Shown piece after piece: positions 18,088-31,001 of a stretch of 64,000 nt of DNA. This stretch comes from Nitrospirota bacterium (GTDB lineage: Bacteria > Nitrospirota > Thermodesulfovibrionia > Thermodesulfovibrionales > Dissulfurispiraceae). Where the stretch lies: NCBI GenBank assembly GCA_963710375.1, contig CAVPZX010000003.1, positions 192,001 to 256,000 of the forward strand. The letters run 5' to 3'. The notes beneath the pieces were generated by a model. The model saw only the letters and a list, made by a program, of their open reading frames with translations, did no database searches and was not told where the DNA came from. The stretch's first letter is position 1, and every line of letters starts with the position of its first letter. The position numbers were made by a program, and so were the translations under genes.

Positions 18088-20000
18088 TATTTGTAACTCC
18101 TCACGGCAAGTTGTACGTTTTCGAATATGAGAGGCTCCTTATGCAGCTCCGATTCTTTGCCAAGGCCTTTGAACTCCCAGGCAGCGACATAACTGAAATT
18201 CACGTCGTCGCGCATTGCCTCGCCTTCCGGCGACTGGTATTCTGTCCGGAAATGGCCGCCACAGGATTCATTGCGGTGAAGGGCATCCAGGGCCAGGAGT
18301 TCGCCGAACTCAAGGAAATCAGCCACGCGGCCGGCTTTTTCGAGCTCCTGGTTAAGGTCGGCTTCGTTTCCCGTGATACGGACGTTTTCCCAGAATTCTG
18401 CGCGGAGTTCAGGAATCATTTTGAGCGCCTTTTCCAGGCTTTCGCGGCTGCGCCCCATTCCTGCATTCTCCCACATGATACTGCCGAGTTCGCGGTGGAA
18501 CTCGTTGACAGTCCTCTTCCCGTTTATGGATAGAAGCCTTTTAATGAGCGTTTTGCTCTCTTCAATCGACTTCATGAACTCGGGATTCCCGGTATTCACT
18601 TTGCCCGGCTTTGTCCTGGCGAGATAGTTTGCTATCGTGTATGGTATTACGAAATACCCATCAGCGAGTCCCTGCATAAGAGCGCTTGCGCCAAGCCTGT
18701 TGGCGCCATGGTCCGAAAAGTTGGCCTCGCCCAGCACAAAGAGTCCAGGGATATTGCTTTCCAGATTATAGTCGACCCACAGGCCGCCCATAGCATAATG
18801 AGGCGCCGGATAGATGCGCATCGGCTGCTTATAGGCGTTTTCTCCGGTTATCTTTTCGTACATCTCAAATAGGTTCCCATAGCGCTCGCGTATCTTGTCT
18901 TCGCCGATGCGCCCGGCTGCGTCGGCAAAATCGAGATAAACGCCGCGACCGCTTGCTCCTACGCCGCGGCCTTCATCACAGACCTCCTTTGCTGCACGTG
19001 ATGAAATATCGCGCGGCGCAAGGTTGCCGAAGCTCGGGTACTTGCGCTCCAGGTAGTAGTCTCTCTCGTTTTCGGGTATCTCATGCGGAGCCCGTTTGTC
19101 TCCCTTGATCTTTGACACCCAAACTCTGCCGTCATTCCTGAGTGACTCGGACATCAGGGTTAGTTTTGACTGGTGGTCGCCGCTCACCGGGATGCAGGTC
19201 GGATGTATCTGTGTGAAACATGGGTTCGCAAAAAAGGCCCCTTTCTTGTAAGCCCGGTATGTTGCAGTCACATTGCTTCCCATGGCATTGGTCGAAAGAT
19301 AAAAGACATTAGTATAGCCGCCTGTGCAGAGACAGACAGCATCGGCTGCATAGGCTTTAATATCTCCTGTCACAAGGTCGCGCACAGTGATCCCTTTTGC
19401 CTCGCCGTCAACAATCACGAGGTCCAGCATTTCTGTGCGGGGATGGAGGGCCACCGTCCCAGCCTTTACCTGACGGGAAAGGGCCGAATATGCGCCTAAC
19501 AGCAATTGTTGGCCTGTCTGACCCCGCGCATAAAACGTCCGCGAGACCTGGGCCCCCCCAAAGGAACGGTTGTCCAGGTATCCGGCATAGTCACGCGCAA
19601 AAGGGACCCCCTGGGCAACACACTGGTCGATGATGTTGTTGCTCACCATCGCCAACCTGTATACATTCGCTTCACGGGACCTGAAATCCCCTCCCTTGAT
19701 CGTGTCATGGAAGAGCCTGAAGATACTGTCGCCGTCATTGGGATAATTTTTGGCAGCGTTTATGCCCCCCTGGGCCGCAATACTGTGAGCACGGCGGGCG
19801 CTATCCTGGTAACAGAACGCTTCTACGTTATAGCCGAGCTCCCCAAGCGACGCAGCAGCGGACGCGCCGGCAAGACCGGTGCCCACGACGATGATTCGGA
19901 ATTTCCGCTTATTTGCAGGATTGACCAGCTTCATTTCCTGGCGGTGCCTGTTCCATTTTTCAGCAAGAGGGCCGGATGGACATTTTCCATCAAGGATCAT
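18087..20000 (-). CDS. sdhA: Succinate dehydrogenase/fumarate reductase flavoprotein
   Basis: [43 protein letters not shown]. Confidence 0.95.
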   Translation of the reverse strand: MILDGKCPSGPLAEKWNRHRQEMKLVNPANKRKFRIIVVGTGLAGASAAASLGELGYNVEAFCYQDSARRAHSIAAQGGINAAKNYPNDGDSIFRLFHDTIKGGDFRSREANVYRLAMVSNNIIDQCVAQGVPFARDYAGYLDNRSFGGAQVSRTFYARGQTGQQLLLGAYSALSRQVKAGTVALHPRTEMLDLVIVDGEAKGITVRDLVTGDIKAYAADAVCLCTGGYTNVFYLSTNAMGSNVTATYRAYKKGAFFANPCFTQIHPTCIPVSGDHQSKLTLMSESLRNDGRVWVSKIKGDKRAPHEIPENERDYYLERKYPSFGNLAPRDISSRAAKEVCDEGRGVGASGRGVYLDFADAAGRIGEDKIRERYGNLFEMYEKITGENAYKQPMRIYPAPHYAMGGLWVDYNLESNIPGLFVLGEANFSDHGANRLGASALMQGLADGYFVIPYTIANYLARTKPGKVNTGNPEFMKSIEESKTLIKRLLSINGKRTVNEFHRELGSIMWENAGMGRSRESLEKALKMIPELRAEFWENVRITGNEADLNQELEKAGRVADFLEFGELLALDALHRNESCGGHFRTEYQSPEGEAMRDDVNFSYVAAWEFKGLGKESELHKEPLIFENVQLAVRSYK

Positions 20001-20034
20001 AATTATCTCTCCAAATTAAAAGCCATATTTAACA

Positions 20035-20706
20035 TTACTTCACCAGTCCTGCGAGAATAACCACGGGAATTGCCGCGAAGCCGATAAAGATGATTATCGC
20101 GACAAGCGTTCCCACCTTCCTGATTGCCGGGAAACTCTTTTCGCCATTCAGTCCTATTGTTTGAAACAGACTCTGGATGCTGTGTGACAGATGAAGGCCC
20201 AGTGCGCACATTGCGCTTATATACACGAGGGAGATAAAGAAATTCTGGAAGCTGAGCACCGCCATAGTGAATACATCAGGGCGGCCCAATGCATCCAGAT
20301 GGCTTCTCGATGCAATATCGGGGTTAGTCACCTGAAAGGTGAAATGCAGCAGGTGATATATAACGAATGCCCCTATGAAGAGGCCTGTCCAGATCATGTT
20401 TCTTCCGGCAAAGGTTGTCTGGAGGTTCCCATTCACGGCATAGCCCTGCGGTTTTGCGGCCCGGTTTTCGAGGTAAAGTTGTATTCCGTAAAGCACATGC
20501 ACTGAAAACAGGGTGAACATTGTCAGACGAAAGGCCCAGACGAGGGAAGTGATTCGGTGAAGCGCCTTTGCGTAAGCATTAATCCCATCAGGACCATGAT
20601 ATATTGTCGTATTCCCTAAGAGATGCATCGCCACAAAGGCGATCATCCCAAAGCCTGTAACCGACATTATTAATTTTCGTCCAACACTACTTTTCAGCAA
20701 GTTCAT
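20035..20706 (-). CDS. sdhC: Succinate dehydrogenase cytochrome b558 subunit (single 5-TM, diheme type)
   Basis: SSVGRKLIMSVTG, five hydrophobic segments, conserved His residues; likely start MNLL at 20706. Confidence 0.9.
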   Translation of the reverse strand: MNLLKSSVGRKLIMSVTGFGMIAFVAMHLLGNTTIYHGPDGINAYAKALHRITSLVWAFRLTMFTLFSVHVLYGIQLYLENRAAKPQGYAVNGNLQTTFAGRNMIWTGLFIGAFVIYHLLHFTFQVTNPDIASRSHLDALGRPDVFTMAVLSFQNFFISLVYISAMCALGLHLSHSIQSLFQTIGLNGEKSFPAIRKVGTLVAIIIFIGFAAIPVVILAGLVK

Positions 20707-20772
20707 ATATAGTCTTTCTCCCTCCCTCTCACTCCCTCCCATTACAGGAGGTGAGTGAGAGAGGGGTTTTAA

Positions 20773-22692
20773 TTAAAGAGAAATATTCTCGTCGATTATT
20801 TTAGCATATCCGATACATTTTAGCGCATCGCTTATCTCACCCAGGATCTCAGGATCGTCGATTGTCGAGGGTATTTTATATTTCTCACCATCGGCAATAT
20901 TCCGCATTATGCCCCGCAGTATTTTGCCCGAACGCGTCTTTGGCAGTCTTTTGACAACTGCTGTTTCCTTATAGCAGGCGATGGGGCCGATCTCGGACCT
21001 TATGAGTTTTGATAATTCTTTCACTATCTCTTCAGGCGCCTTTGTCACCCCTGCCTTGAGTACCACAAAACCGACCGGCAGCTGCCCTTTAAGATTGTCA
21101 TTGGCTCCTATTACTGCGCATTCGGCAACATCAGGATGGGTTGCGATGAGCCCTTCCATCTCGCCTGTCGAGAGCCTGTGCCCTGCAACATTAATAACGT
21201 CATCGACACGACCCATTACGAAGACGTAGCCGTCTTCGTCCCTATATCCTCCGTCAGCCGTAAAATAATATCCAGGGTACATATTACAATATGCCTCAAG
21301 ATATCTGTCATCCGCATTCCAGAGGGTAGGTGAGTTTCCCGGGGGGAGGGGAAGTTTTGCCGTGATGATCCCAGTCTGATTCGGCCCAACCTGTTTACCA
21401 TCGGTGTCGAGGATCGTTATATTATACCCCGGAACAGGCTTTGTGGAAGAGCCCGGTTTAATCGGCAACTGTTCGATCCCCATGCAGTTTGCCGTAATCG
21501 GCCAACCTGTCTCAGTCTGCCACCAGTGATCTATCACGTGTTTGTTAAGGAGGTCGTGGGCCCAGTGGTAGGTGTCGGGATCAAGCCGCTCACCTGCGAG
21601 AAAGAGGTATTGGAATTTCGACAGGTCATACTTCTTTATATATTCACCGTTCGGGTCATCCCTCTTTATGGCCCTGAAAGCGGTAGGAGCAGTGAACAGT
21701 GTCTTGACGCCATGCTGGGAGATGACCCTCCAGAAGGCGCCGGGATTCGGGGTGCCCACAGGCTTGCCTTCATATAATATCGATGTGCATCCGGTAAACA
21801 GCGGAGCATATACGATATATGAATGGCCGACTACCCACCCTACATCAGAGGCTGCCCAGTATACTTCGCCCGGATGGGTATCATATATATTCTCGACGCT
21901 CCATCTCAGTGCAACAGCATGGCCACCGTTGTCCCGGACAATACCCTTTGGGACGCCGGTAGTGCCGGAGGTGTAGAGTATATACAGAGGATCTGTCGCC
22001 TTTACCGGCACGCAGTCCGCAGGCTTGGCCTTTGATACCAGCTCTTCCCAGTCAACATCGCGACCCGCCATAGAAGCTGCAACAAATTGCCTCTGGAAGA
22101 TTATGCACTTTTCAGGTTTATGTTTGGCTAATTCAACGGCCTTGTCGAGCATAGGCTTGTACTCGAGTATCTTGGCCCCTTCCTTTGAACCGGATGCAGA
22201 GATTACCACCTTGGGTTTTGCATCATCAATGCGTATCGCAAGCTCATGCGGAGCGAACCCTCCGAACACGACTGAATGGATGGCTCCGAGTCTGGCGCAG
22301 GCGAGCATGGCGATTGCCGCCTGTGGAATCATCGGCATATAAATAACGACTGTATCACCCTTGCTGACGCCGAGCGACTTAAGCCCGCCTGCAAATACCG
22401 CGACTTTGTCGAGCAGTTCGGCATAGGTGAATTTCTGGACGGTGTCGGTAACAGGGCTATCATAAATGAGGGCGAGCTGGTTTGCCCTTCCGCCCTTCAC
22501 ATGCCTGTCAAGCGCATTGTAGCATGTGTTGAGCTCTCCGCCGACGAACCAGCGGTAAAAAGGTTTTTTTGAATCGTCGAGGACCTTGTCCCACTTTTTA
22601 TACCAGTCGATAGCTTCTGCCGCCTTTCCCCAGAAGGCCTCGGGTTCATTAATACTCTTTTTAAATACCTCGTCGTACTTTCCCATGGTCAA
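20773..22692 (-). CDS. prpE: Propionyl-CoA synthetase
   Basis: YTSGTTGVPKG, DHWWQTETG, PKTRSGK; LFLAGE has Ala as in PrpE rather than the Val of Acs. Confidence 0.85.
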   Translation of the reverse strand: MTMGKYDEVFKKSINEPEAFWGKAAEAIDWYKKWDKVLDDSKKPFYRWFVGGELNTCYNALDRHVKGGRANQLALIYDSPVTDTVQKFTYAELLDKVAVFAGGLKSLGVSKGDTVVIYMPMIPQAAIAMLACARLGAIHSVVFGGFAPHELAIRIDDAKPKVVISASGSKEGAKILEYKPMLDKAVELAKHKPEKCIIFQRQFVAASMAGRDVDWEELVSKAKPADCVPVKATDPLYILYTSGTTGVPKGIVRDNGGHAVALRWSVENIYDTHPGEVYWAASDVGWVVGHSYIVYAPLFTGCTSILYEGKPVGTPNPGAFWRVISQHGVKTLFTAPTAFRAIKRDDPNGEYIKKYDLSKFQYLFLAGERLDPDTYHWAHDLLNKHVIDHWWQTETGWPITANCMGIEQLPIKPGSSTKPVPGYNITILDTDGKQVGPNQTGIITAKLPLPPGNSPTLWNADDRYLEAYCNMYPGYYFTADGGYRDEDGYVFVMGRVDDVINVAGHRLSTGEMEGLIATHPDVAECAVIGANDNLKGQLPVGFVVLKAGVTKAPEEIVKELSKLIRSEIGPIACYKETAVVKRLPKTRSGKILRGIMRNIADGEKYKIPSTIDDPEILGEISDALKCIGYAKIIDENISL

Positions 22693-22752
22693 CTCTCCTT
22701 TTGATAATTTTTGTCTGCCTTGATGGTTTTAAAGTCTGGTATGCAACAAGCC

Positions 22753-25467
22753 CTATTCACCTTTAACAAGCCCCCTGAGCACGAATGGAAGAATTCCTCC
22801 GTGCCTGAAATAGTCTGCTTCAATAGCCGTGTCTATGCGGCAGAGGAGTTTCACTTCCTGCCTCGCGCCATCCCTGCTTCTAACAGCAAGGGTGACGTAT
22901 TGCTGCGGCCTTATCCGGTCCAATCCCACAATATCGAACTCCTCGTCTCCGCGGATGTTTAGAGACTGGACAGAATCGCCCCCATCGAACTGAAGCGGCA
23001 GCACACCCATGCCTACAAGATTTGAGCGGTGGATTCGTTCAAAGCTCTTCGCTATCACTGCCCTGACACCAAGAAGCTGAGTGCCTTTGGCAGCCCAGTC
23101 CCTTGACGACCCGGTGCCATATTCTTCGCCTCCGAACACTACAGAAGGAACGCCCCGGGAAATGTAATTCATGGCTGCCTCATAGATCGACATCTGTTCC
23201 CCTGAGGGCTGCAGCAGCGTGAAGCCCCCTTCTGCAGATGTGCCGTCGTCTTTTGGAGGCAACATGAGATTCCTGATGCGCACGTTGGCAAAGGTGCCCC
23301 GAATCATCACCTTATGGTTTCCCCTGCGTGTGCCGTAACTCTGGAAATCAGTCTCGGCAACGCCGTTATCCATAAGATAGATTCCTGCCGGCGAGGTTTT
23401 CTTGATGGAACCGGCAGGACTTATATGGTCGGTAGTGACGGAGTCGCCGAAAATGCCGAGTGCTCTGGCTCCTGTGATATCGCTCACGCTGTCCGGCTGC
23501 ATACCGAAGCCCTGGAAGAAAGGAGGCTCCGCAATGTATGTCGATTTGGGCCAGTCATAGATATTCCCTGATACTGAGGACACGCTGTTCCAAAGAACAT
23601 TATCTTTGGTCAAGTCCGAATAAAGTCGTCTGAAGGTTTCGGGGTCAGTGGCATACTTCATGACAGCTGCCACTTCATCGGCGGAAGGCCATATGTCCCT
23701 GAGATAGATTTCCTCTCCGTCATTGCCTGTGCCCAGCGGTTCTTTTTCAAGGTTTTTAATCACGGTACCGGCTATGGCAAATGCCACGACGAGGGGAGGG
23801 CTCATGAGAAAATTGGCGCGCAGGTTTGCATGGATACGCGCCTCAAAGTTGCGGTTGCCTGAAAGCACTGCAGCGCAGACGAGGTTGTTCCGGACAATGG
23901 TCTCTTCCACAGCTTCATCAAGAGGACCTGCATTGCCGATGCATGTGGTGCAACCGTACGCAGCGAGATAAAACCCGAGCTTTTCGAGATAAGGCATCAG
24001 TCCGGCTTTATCAAGGTACTCGGCAACCACGCGCGAACCCGGCGCAAGGGATGTCTTTATGTGCTTCTTTACCGTAAGGCCTTTTTCCACAGCCTTCTTC
24101 GCAAGCAGGCCCGCGGCAAGGAGCACGCCCGGATTTGACGTGTTCGTGCATGAAGTGATTGCGGCGATAATAACGTCGCCTGAACCTATGTTGACCTGTC
24201 CTTTTGTCGTGAAGCGTCGTTGAAGGTCTTCTGACTTTATGGCAAAGCCGTTATCAGCCGAAGGCTTCATTAACAAGCAGGAGAAATTCTCTTTCAGAGA
24301 TTTAAGCTCTATGCGGTCCTGGGGACGCTTTGGTCCTGCAACGGAGGGTTTTACACCTGAAATATCCATCTCTATGACCCTGGAGTAATCCAGATCACCA
24401 GCCTTTGGTATGCCGAACATTTCCTGGTTTTTAAAATATTCCCGGAACGCTGAAACTTGATCGGCAGGATGGCCGCTGCTGCGGAAGAAATCCATGGTGA
24501 CGTCGTCTACAGGGAAGAAACCCATCGTAGCGCCGTATTCAGGCGCCATATTGGCAACCGTAGCCCTGTCAGGCAGGGTAAGGGAAGATGCGCCTTCGCC
24601 AAAGAACTCGACAAACTTGCCGACCACTTTTTCCCTGCGGAGCATTTCGGTGATGGTCAGGACGAGGTCTGTAGCGGTCACGCCTTCCCTGAGTTTGCCT
24701 TTCAGTTGCACACCCACGACATCCGGCGTGAGGAAATAAACCGGCTGGCCCAGCATACCTGCCTCTGCCTCTATTCCACCCACTCCCCATCCCACAACGC
24801 CGATACCGTTTATCATTGTGGTATGGCTGTCGGTGCCTACCAGGGTATCAGGATAATACACTCCTTTTTTGCTATGCACGCCCCTGACAAGGTATTCCAG
24901 GTTTACCTGGTGCACAATGCCGATGCCGGGAGGCACGACTTTAAAAGTCTCAAAGGCGTTCATGCCCCATTTCAGGAACTGGTAACGCTCTCTGTTGCGC
25001 TTAAACTCCATTTCCATGTTTTTCCGGAGAGCGCCGGGCTCGCCGTAGCAGTCGATCTGCACCGAATGGTCCACAACCAGATCAACAGGGACCAGCGGCT
25101 CGATGATTCGAGCATCCTTCCCCATCCTGGCAGCTGCACCGCGCATTGCCGCGAGATCGCACAGAAGAGGTACTCCTGTGAAGTCCTGAAGCAAGATGCG
25201 TGCTACTACGAAAGGTATCTCGCCGGTGCGGGGCGCAACAGGTTTCCAGTTGGCAAGCTGCGCCACATGCTCTTCGGTAATCTTCTTGCCATCGCAGTTG
25301 CGCAGCACCGATTCCAGCACTATGCGGATGGATATCGGCAGACGGGAAATTTTGCCGATCCCGGACTTTTCGAGCGCAGGGAGAGAATATAGCTTCCCTT
25401 TCCTGCCGCTGCCGGCGTCGAATTCCCGGATTATATTATTAAATGACGAACATATCGACGAATTCAT
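22753..25467 (-). CDS. acnA: Aconitate hydratase A family (citrate / 2-methylisocitrate)
   Basis: [52 protein letters not shown]. Confidence 0.92.
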   Translation of the reverse strand: MNSSICSSFNNIIREFDAGSGRKGKLYSLPALEKSGIGKISRLPISIRIVLESVLRNCDGKKITEEHVAQLANWKPVAPRTGEIPFVVARILLQDFTGVPLLCDLAAMRGAAARMGKDARIIEPLVPVDLVVDHSVQIDCYGEPGALRKNMEMEFKRNRERYQFLKWGMNAFETFKVVPPGIGIVHQVNLEYLVRGVHSKKGVYYPDTLVGTDSHTTMINGIGVVGWGVGGIEAEAGMLGQPVYFLTPDVVGVQLKGKLREGVTATDLVLTITEMLRREKVVGKFVEFFGEGASSLTLPDRATVANMAPEYGATMGFFPVDDVTMDFFRSSGHPADQVSAFREYFKNQEMFGIPKAGDLDYSRVIEMDISGVKPSVAGPKRPQDRIELKSLKENFSCLLMKPSADNGFAIKSEDLQRRFTTKGQVNIGSGDVIIAAITSCTNTSNPGVLLAAGLLAKKAVEKGLTVKKHIKTSLAPGSRVVAEYLDKAGLMPYLEKLGFYLAAYGCTTCIGNAGPLDEAVEETIVRNNLVCAAVLSGNRNFEARIHANLRANFLMSPPLVVAFAIAGTVIKNLEKEPLGTGNDGEEIYLRDIWPSADEVAAVMKYATDPETFRRLYSDLTKDNVLWNSVSSVSGNIYDWPKSTYIAEPPFFQGFGMQPDSVSDITGARALGIFGDSVTTDHISPAGSIKKTSPAGIYLMDNGVAETDFQSYGTRRGNHKVMIRGTFANVRIRNLMLPPKDDGTSAEGGFTLLQPSGEQMSIYEAAMNYISRGVPSVVFGGEEYGTGSSRDWAAKGTQLLGVRAVIAKSFERIHRSNLVGMGVLPLQFDGGDSVQSLNIRGDEEFDIVGLDRIRPQQYVTLAVRSRDGARQEVKLLCRIDTAIEADYFRHGGILPFVLRGLVKGE

Positions 25468-25498
25468 TCACCGGGGCCCCTTCCAATTTAGTCTGATC

Positions 25499-25588
25499 AA
25501 GGTTAAGGCAAAGGTTGAGGTTAAGAAACAAACCTGCTTTCGCCTTATACCTTTTGTATTTTTTATTTTATATTTGCTTAACCTTAAC
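25499..25588. repeat. Second inverted hexamer array (RAGGTT / AACCTT)
   Basis: aaggttaaggcaaaggttgaggttaag ... cttaaccttaac, between prpC and acnA. Confidence 0.7.
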
Positions 25589-25591
25589 ATG

Positions 25592-26767
25592 TTATTTCCT
25601 TGCGCTCATCGGCACGTACGCTCGGTCTTCCGGGCCGAGGTAGTTGGCGGAAGGCCTGATGAGCTTGTTGTCCATCCGCTGTTCAATAACGTGAGCTCCC
25701 CAGCCGGTTGTACGTGAAATAACGAAGATTGGGGTGAACAGCGACGTAGGCACGCCCAGCATATGATAAGTAACAGAGGAATACCAATCAAGGTTCGCAA
25801 ACATGTTCTTCTCTCTCTTCATAACTTTTTCGATACGGTCGGCGATGTTGTGAAGATTCACATTGTCGCCGTCCTTACAGAGTTTTTTTGCTATTGCCTT
25901 GATCGTCTCATTTCTCGGATCGCTCACGGTATACACCGGGTGCCCGAAGCCGATGATGATTTCCTTCCTGGCCACCCTGGCCACGATGTCGGCCTCAGCT
26001 TCGTCAGGTGTGCTGTAACGCCTCTGGATCTCATGGGCTGCCTCGTTGGCGCCGCCGTGTTTAGGCCCCCTGAGTGCCCCGATCGCCCCTGTGATGGCGG
26101 AGTAAACATCTGCGAGTGTGCTTGTGATCACGCGGGCGGCAAAAGTGGATGCGGTGAATTCCTGTTCAGCATATAATATCAGGGACTGGTCCAAGGACCG
26201 TTTATGCGATTCCGATGGTTTCTTGCCGTGAAGAAGATGCAGGAAATGACCGGCCACGGTGTCGTCGTCTGTTTCTGCCTCTATCCTGTTTCCGTTCTGG
26301 GTGTAATGCCACCAATAAAGGAGCATCGAGCCGAAAGATGCAACCAGGCGGTCTATGATGCCTGCCGCTCCCTGCCCGGTTTGAACATCTTTCTCAGGCA
26401 GGACTGTACCGAGGTAGGAACACGCTGTACGGAGCACGTCCATTGGATGGGTCGAAGCTGGAATAAGTTCCAGTACTTCCTTCACCTTGGCTGGAACACC
26501 GCGAAGAGATATCAATTTTTTCTTATAGTCCTTCAGTTCAGACTCGGTAGGCAATACGCCGTGGATGAGGAGATGCGCCACTTCTTCAAAGGTGGACTGC
26601 ATTGCGAGCTCCACAATTTCATAACCGCGATAGTGCAGGTCATTTCCTGTACGTCCCAGGGTGCATACCGATGAGTTCCCAGCTACCACACCTGACAGGG
26701 CAACGGACTTTTTTACTGTTGGGGCTGCAGTTTCTGTCACAGCCGCACCTGATGCATTATTGCTCAT
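25592..26767 (-). CDS. prpC: 2-methylcitrate synthase / citrate synthase II
   Basis: [58 protein letters not shown]. Confidence 0.88.
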   Translation of the reverse strand: MSNNASGAAVTETAAPTVKKSVALSGVVAGNSSVCTLGRTGNDLHYRGYEIVELAMQSTFEEVAHLLIHGVLPTESELKDYKKKLISLRGVPAKVKEVLELIPASTHPMDVLRTACSYLGTVLPEKDVQTGQGAAGIIDRLVASFGSMLLYWWHYTQNGNRIEAETDDDTVAGHFLHLLHGKKPSESHKRSLDQSLILYAEQEFTASTFAARVITSTLADVYSAITGAIGALRGPKHGGANEAAHEIQRRYSTPDEAEADIVARVARKEIIIGFGHPVYTVSDPRNETIKAIAKKLCKDGDNVNLHNIADRIEKVMKREKNMFANLDWYSSVTYHMLGVPTSLFTPIFVISRTTGWGAHVIEQRMDNKLIRPSANYLGPEDRAYVPMSARK

Positions 26768-26774
26768 TACAGAT

Positions 26775-28754
26775 TTATCCTATAACACAGAGAACGGCAC
26801 CTCTTGCAACCGTTTCGCCACTGGCAAGCTTGATACCTTGAACCTTCCCATCACAGGGGGCGACAAGGTTGTTTTCCATCTTCATGGCTTCAAGGACAAC
26901 AATGGTATCACCTTTCTTTACAGCATCTCCGGTTTTTACCATATACTTGATGATCATCCCGGGCATCGGCGCAAGAAGGACTGTTCCTTCTCCTTGGTGT
27001 GCAGGTTCCGGGGCAGGTGCGCGAGCCGGGGCCTTCATAGGAGCAGCGGCGACCGGAGCCTGTGCAGCAGAGGCGACTGGTTGGGGAACCGACACAAGAT
27101 GTGTGTTGCCTACAGGATCAACCTCGACGGCAAAAAACTCCTCATCAACAAAAACGTTGAAGGTTCTGACTGCCTGTGACTTCGGCGGTTTTTCAACCTG
27201 TTTCACCTCAACGAGTTTACCAGCCAGGGCCTTTTTCACAAGTTCATCTCTTTTCTTAACATCCTCAATGGTGATCGGCTTCACACTGGCTGGAACCTCT
27301 GCTTTGCCATACTTCCACTCAAGAAATTTCTTACCGGTGACTGGAAACAGGGCATAAGTGATGACGTCATCGATATCTTTTGCCAAATCACTGATCTCGG
27401 CTTTCGCCTTGGCCAATTCCGGCTCGAGAACTTCTGCTGGACGACTGGTGATCGGCTTTTCTCCGCGGGGGTAGCCTTTCAGGGCCTTTGCTTGCACTTC
27501 AGGATTAATAGGCACAGCGGTCTTGCCGTACAAGCCGAAGCAGAGGTCCTTCACCTGCCCGGTGATCATCTTGTAACGTTCGTCGGGAGTGTCATGCAGA
27601 ACATTGTTGACGGTCTGCACACCAACTATCTGGCTGGTCGGGGTGACAAGGGGGATCTGGCCGAGGTCTTTGCGCACCCGCGGCAGTTCCTTGTAAACCT
27701 CATCAATTTTATCCAGGGCATCCATTTCCCGTAATTGATTGACCAGGTTCGACAACATCCCGCCCGGAGTCTGATGCAGCAAGACATTGATATCGATAAT
27801 CGAAACCTTCGAGTCATCGAGGAGGTGCTTATATTTCGGCATTACCTCTTTTTCAAGTATCTCATTGATTCGAGCTAATTTTTTAATATCAAAGCCGGTA
27901 TCGCGATTTGTCCCCAAAAGGGCCATAACCAAAGGCTCAACAGCAGCATGCGAAGTCCGGTAAGCATAAGGCGTCATGCAAGTATCGATAATGTCCACTC
28001 CTGCTTCAATGGCCTTGAGATGCGACATTGGCGACATGCCTGAGGTAAAATGGCTGTGCAGATGAATGGGTACTTTGACCGCTTTTTTCAGGGCCTTAAT
28101 GAGCGGATATGCATCATAGGGAGCCAACAGCCCAGCCATATCCTTGATACAGATGGAATCCGCCCCCATCGACTCAAGGGATTTTGCTCTATCAATATAA
28201 TATTCAAGATTGTAGACTTCTCCGCCAAGCCGTGGCTCGGTGAGGCTGTAACAGATGCAGCCTTGAAAATGTTTGCCGCTCTTTTTTATCTGTTTGACCA
28301 CCGTCTCGAAATTGCGATAGTCGTTCAAGGCATCGAAGGTCCTGAAAATATCCATACCGTTTTCGGCCGCGCGCTCAACAAAAACAAAGGCCAGGTCGTC
28401 GGCGTAATTTCGATAACCGACCAGGTTCTGCGCCCGCAGCAGCATAGAGAAAGGGGTCTTTTTAATATAGCGCTTCAAGGTGCGCAAACGTTCCCAAGGA
28501 TCTTCGTTGAGAAACCGGTGCATGGTATCGAAAGTGGCTCCACCCCAAGTTTCAATCGCCCAGAACCCGACCTCATCCATCAGTTCAGCTACCGGAATCA
28601 TATCCTCTGTACGCCCACGGGTAGCGAAAAGGGACTGATGGCCATCACGTAGGGACAGATCCATAATCTTAACAGGATTCTTTGCCTTTGGCCGGTCTGC
28701 GGAATAGTTCATCGCGGTCATCTTCACTTGATCGCTCATTTCTTGATCGCTCAT
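26775..28754 (-). CDS. Pyruvate/oxaloacetate carboxyltransferase (5S-like) fused to a biotin carrier (pyruvate carboxylase B / OadA family)
   Basis: [35 protein letters not shown], Ala/Pro linker, EAMKM. Confidence 0.9.
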   Translation of the reverse strand: MSDQEMSDQVKMTAMNYSADRPKAKNPVKIMDLSLRDGHQSLFATRGRTEDMIPVAELMDEVGFWAIETWGGATFDTMHRFLNEDPWERLRTLKRYIKKTPFSMLLRAQNLVGYRNYADDLAFVFVERAAENGMDIFRTFDALNDYRNFETVVKQIKKSGKHFQGCICYSLTEPRLGGEVYNLEYYIDRAKSLESMGADSICIKDMAGLLAPYDAYPLIKALKKAVKVPIHLHSHFTSGMSPMSHLKAIEAGVDIIDTCMTPYAYRTSHAAVEPLVMALLGTNRDTGFDIKKLARINEILEKEVMPKYKHLLDDSKVSIIDINVLLHQTPGGMLSNLVNQLREMDALDKIDEVYKELPRVRKDLGQIPLVTPTSQIVGVQTVNNVLHDTPDERYKMITGQVKDLCFGLYGKTAVPINPEVQAKALKGYPRGEKPITSRPAEVLEPELAKAKAEISDLAKDIDDVITYALFPVTGKKFLEWKYGKAEVPASVKPITIEDVKKRDELVKKALAGKLVEVKQVEKPPKSQAVRTFNVFVDEEFFAVEVDPVGNTHLVSVPQPVASAAQAPVAAAPMKAPARAPAPEPAHQGEGTVLLAPMPGMIIKYMVKTGDAVKKGDTIVVLEAMKMENNLVAPCDGKVQGIKLASGETVARGAVLCVIG

Positions 28755-28796
28755 TGTATGTGCCTCCTCCTTCTTCTTCATTAACAATTGATGCTA

Positions 28797-29015
28797 TCAA
28801 AAGCGCGTAAACGCCCTCAGCTGGATTAATTTCCGCATGGCCATCATCTCCTGCCGCCCACTCTGTCCCCACTGGCTGAACTCGAAACTCCGAGGTTTCT
28901 TGAGAGGTGCTTGCTGCTCTTGCGCAGCCATAGCTTCCTCCTGTTGCAGATAGAGACTCACGGCAGCTAAGGCGGCAGCCATTTTCTTTCTTTGATCTGC
29001 CATCACATCACCCAT
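28797..29015 (-). CDS. Small carboxylase accessory (delta/epsilon-like) subunit
   Basis: AAALAAV-YL ... WGQSGR pattern; lies between carboxyltransferase genes. Confidence 0.6.
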   Translation of the reverse strand: MGDVMADQRKKMAAALAAVSLYLQQEEAMAAQEQQAPLKKPRSFEFSQWGQSGRQEMMAMRKLIQLRAFTRF

Positions 29016-29101
29016 ATTTTGTATTAACTACACAACCCGGTACCCAAAAACAGCACCATGGGCAGCATGAAAATCCCGAGTCATTGTCTTTAAGACCACC
29101 A

Positions 29102-29386
29102 TTAGTAGCTGTAAATGGCGTATTCCGTTTCCTCGCCAAGCAGTCTATCTATCTCCGCCTGAACTTCGATGCGTTGCGGATTGTTTACCCAACTGTTCCA
29201 GTCTTCTAAGGAACTCCAGGTACCAATAACCATGCACTCATCTTTATTGTCTATTCTATGTAAGGTTTCTCCTGAGAGATAGCCGGGTTGACTGAGAGCG
29301 AGAGCCCGCAACTTATTAAGGAGGAGTGTCAGTTCAACGACATTATTATCCCGCACCTTTCGTTTAATAAAAATCTTCACTGTCAT
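29102..29386 (-). CDS. ABM (antibiotic biosynthesis monooxygenase) domain protein
   Basis: QPGYLSGETL...VIGTWSSLEDWNSW. Confidence 0.75.
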   Translation of the reverse strand: MTVKIFIKRKVRDNNVVELTLLLNKLRALALSQPGYLSGETLHRIDNKDECMVIGTWSSLEDWNSWVNNPQRIEVQAEIDRLLGEETEYAIYSY

Positions 29387-29424
29387 GTGGATCTCCTTAT
29401 GATACTCAGACGTATTTGCGACTG

Positions 29425-30975
29425 TTATAGTGGTATATTACCGTGCTTTTTCATCGGATTTGTATCGCGCTTATTCTGTAGCAGCCCCAGTGACCTGATT
29501 ATTCTTGCCCTGGTTTTCGATGGTTCGATAATATCATCGATGTAACCGCGTTGGGCTGCTACATAGGGATTGGCAACAGCATCCTGGTACTCCTTCTCCT
29601 TTTCTGCCAAAAATGCGCTTGGATCTGGGGCTTTTTGGGCATCCTTGCCATACAAAACTCCAACAGCACCTTTTGCCCCCATCACTGCAATTTCAGCGGT
29701 GGGCCAGGCATAGTTAATATCGCCGCGTAAATGTTTGGAGGACATGACGCAATAGGCTCCGCCATACGCTTTCCTTGTAATGACAGTTACCTTGGGAATG
29801 GTCGCCTCGGCAAAGGCATAGAGAATTTTAGCACCGTTACGTATTACTCCGCCAAACTCCTGAGCGGTTCCCGGCAAGAAGCCAGGAACGTCAACAAAGG
29901 TAACAACCGGAATATTGAAACAATCGCAGAACCTGACAAAACGAGCGCCCTTTATTGAGGAGTCTATGTCGAGGACACCGGAGAGATAGGCCGGCTGGTT
30001 GGCAACTATACCGACACTCATCCCGTTATACCTGGCAAACCCGACTAAGAGATTCGGTGCGAAGTTTTCCTTAACCTCAAAAAAATCATTGTTATCTATT
30101 GTTTGAAGGATAACATCTTTCATATCATAGGCAGCATTGGGATTTTCAGGAATAATCTGGTTGAGTGCGACACTCTCCCGATCTGGCGGATCGGTGCAGG
30201 GCACAAGGGGAGGATTTTCCATATTATTCTGGGGCAGAAACGAAAGCAGTCGGCGAATATAGGCGATGGCATCAGCACCTGACCCAGCAGGATAATCAAC
30301 AACTCCGCTGCGACTGGCATGCATCGCTGCCCCGCCTAAAGTTTCTTCGCTGACATCTTCATGGGTCACTGATTTGACGACTTTCGGGCCGGTGAGAAAC
30401 ATATACGATTTATTCTGGACCATGATGACAAAATCGGTGAGGGCCGGCGAATATACCGCTCCACCGGCACAGGGACCAAAAATCGCCGAGATCTGGGGCA
30501 CTACCCCCGAGGCCATGACATTGCGTTGGAATATCTCCGAATAGCCGGCGAGACTCTCAATTCCTTCCTGAATACGCGCCCCGCCGGAATCATTCAATCC
30601 GACCACCGGAGCGCCGTTTTTCATGGCAAGATCCATTATCTTACAGATTTTTTCCGCAAAGGTTTCTGACAGGGAGCCACCGAGTACGGTAAAATCCTGG
30701 GCAAAAACATAGACAATACGGCCATCGACAGTGCCATGCCCGGTTATTACACCGTCTCCCAGGAAGACCTGCTTGTCCATGCCGAAATCCCTGCATCTAT
30801 GGGTCTTGAACATATCGAATTCCTCGAAAGAGCCCTTGTCTAAAAGCAGATCAATACGCTCCCTGGCGGTCAAAAGGTATTTTTTATGATGTTTATCGAT
30901 TCTTTTTTGACCACCGCCCAAAAGGGCTTCTTCCCTGAGTTTGCTCAGATGTTCCAGTTGGTCATCGATCTTCAT
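29425..30975 (-). CDS. Methylmalonyl/propionyl-CoA carboxyltransferase (12S / PccB / MmdA family)
   Basis: [44 protein letters not shown]. Confidence 0.93.
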   Translation of the reverse strand: MKIDDQLEHLSKLREEALLGGGQKRIDKHHKKYLLTARERIDLLLDKGSFEEFDMFKTHRCRDFGMDKQVFLGDGVITGHGTVDGRIVYVFAQDFTVLGGSLSETFAEKICKIMDLAMKNGAPVVGLNDSGGARIQEGIESLAGYSEIFQRNVMASGVVPQISAIFGPCAGGAVYSPALTDFVIMVQNKSYMFLTGPKVVKSVTHEDVSEETLGGAAMHASRSGVVDYPAGSGADAIAYIRRLLSFLPQNNMENPPLVPCTDPPDRESVALNQIIPENPNAAYDMKDVILQTIDNNDFFEVKENFAPNLLVGFARYNGMSVGIVANQPAYLSGVLDIDSSIKGARFVRFCDCFNIPVVTFVDVPGFLPGTAQEFGGVIRNGAKILYAFAEATIPKVTVITRKAYGGAYCVMSSKHLRGDINYAWPTAEIAVMGAKGAVGVLYGKDAQKAPDPSAFLAEKEKEYQDAVANPYVAAQRGYIDDIIEPSKTRARIIRSLGLLQNKRDTNPMKKHGNIPL

Positions 30976-31001
30976 AGTCTCTCCTTGAAAAAAATATCAC
31001 T

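Noticed and set aside
28726..28756. 15-bp tandem duplication giving [10 protein letters not shown] at the carboxyltransferase start
   Set aside because: Real but trivial; it only shifts the start by five residues.
26775..30975. Na+-pumping decarboxylase or ATP-dependent carboxylase
   Set aside because: No membrane beta subunit or biotin carboxylase in the window; a transcarboxylase fits better, though partners could be encoded elsewhere.
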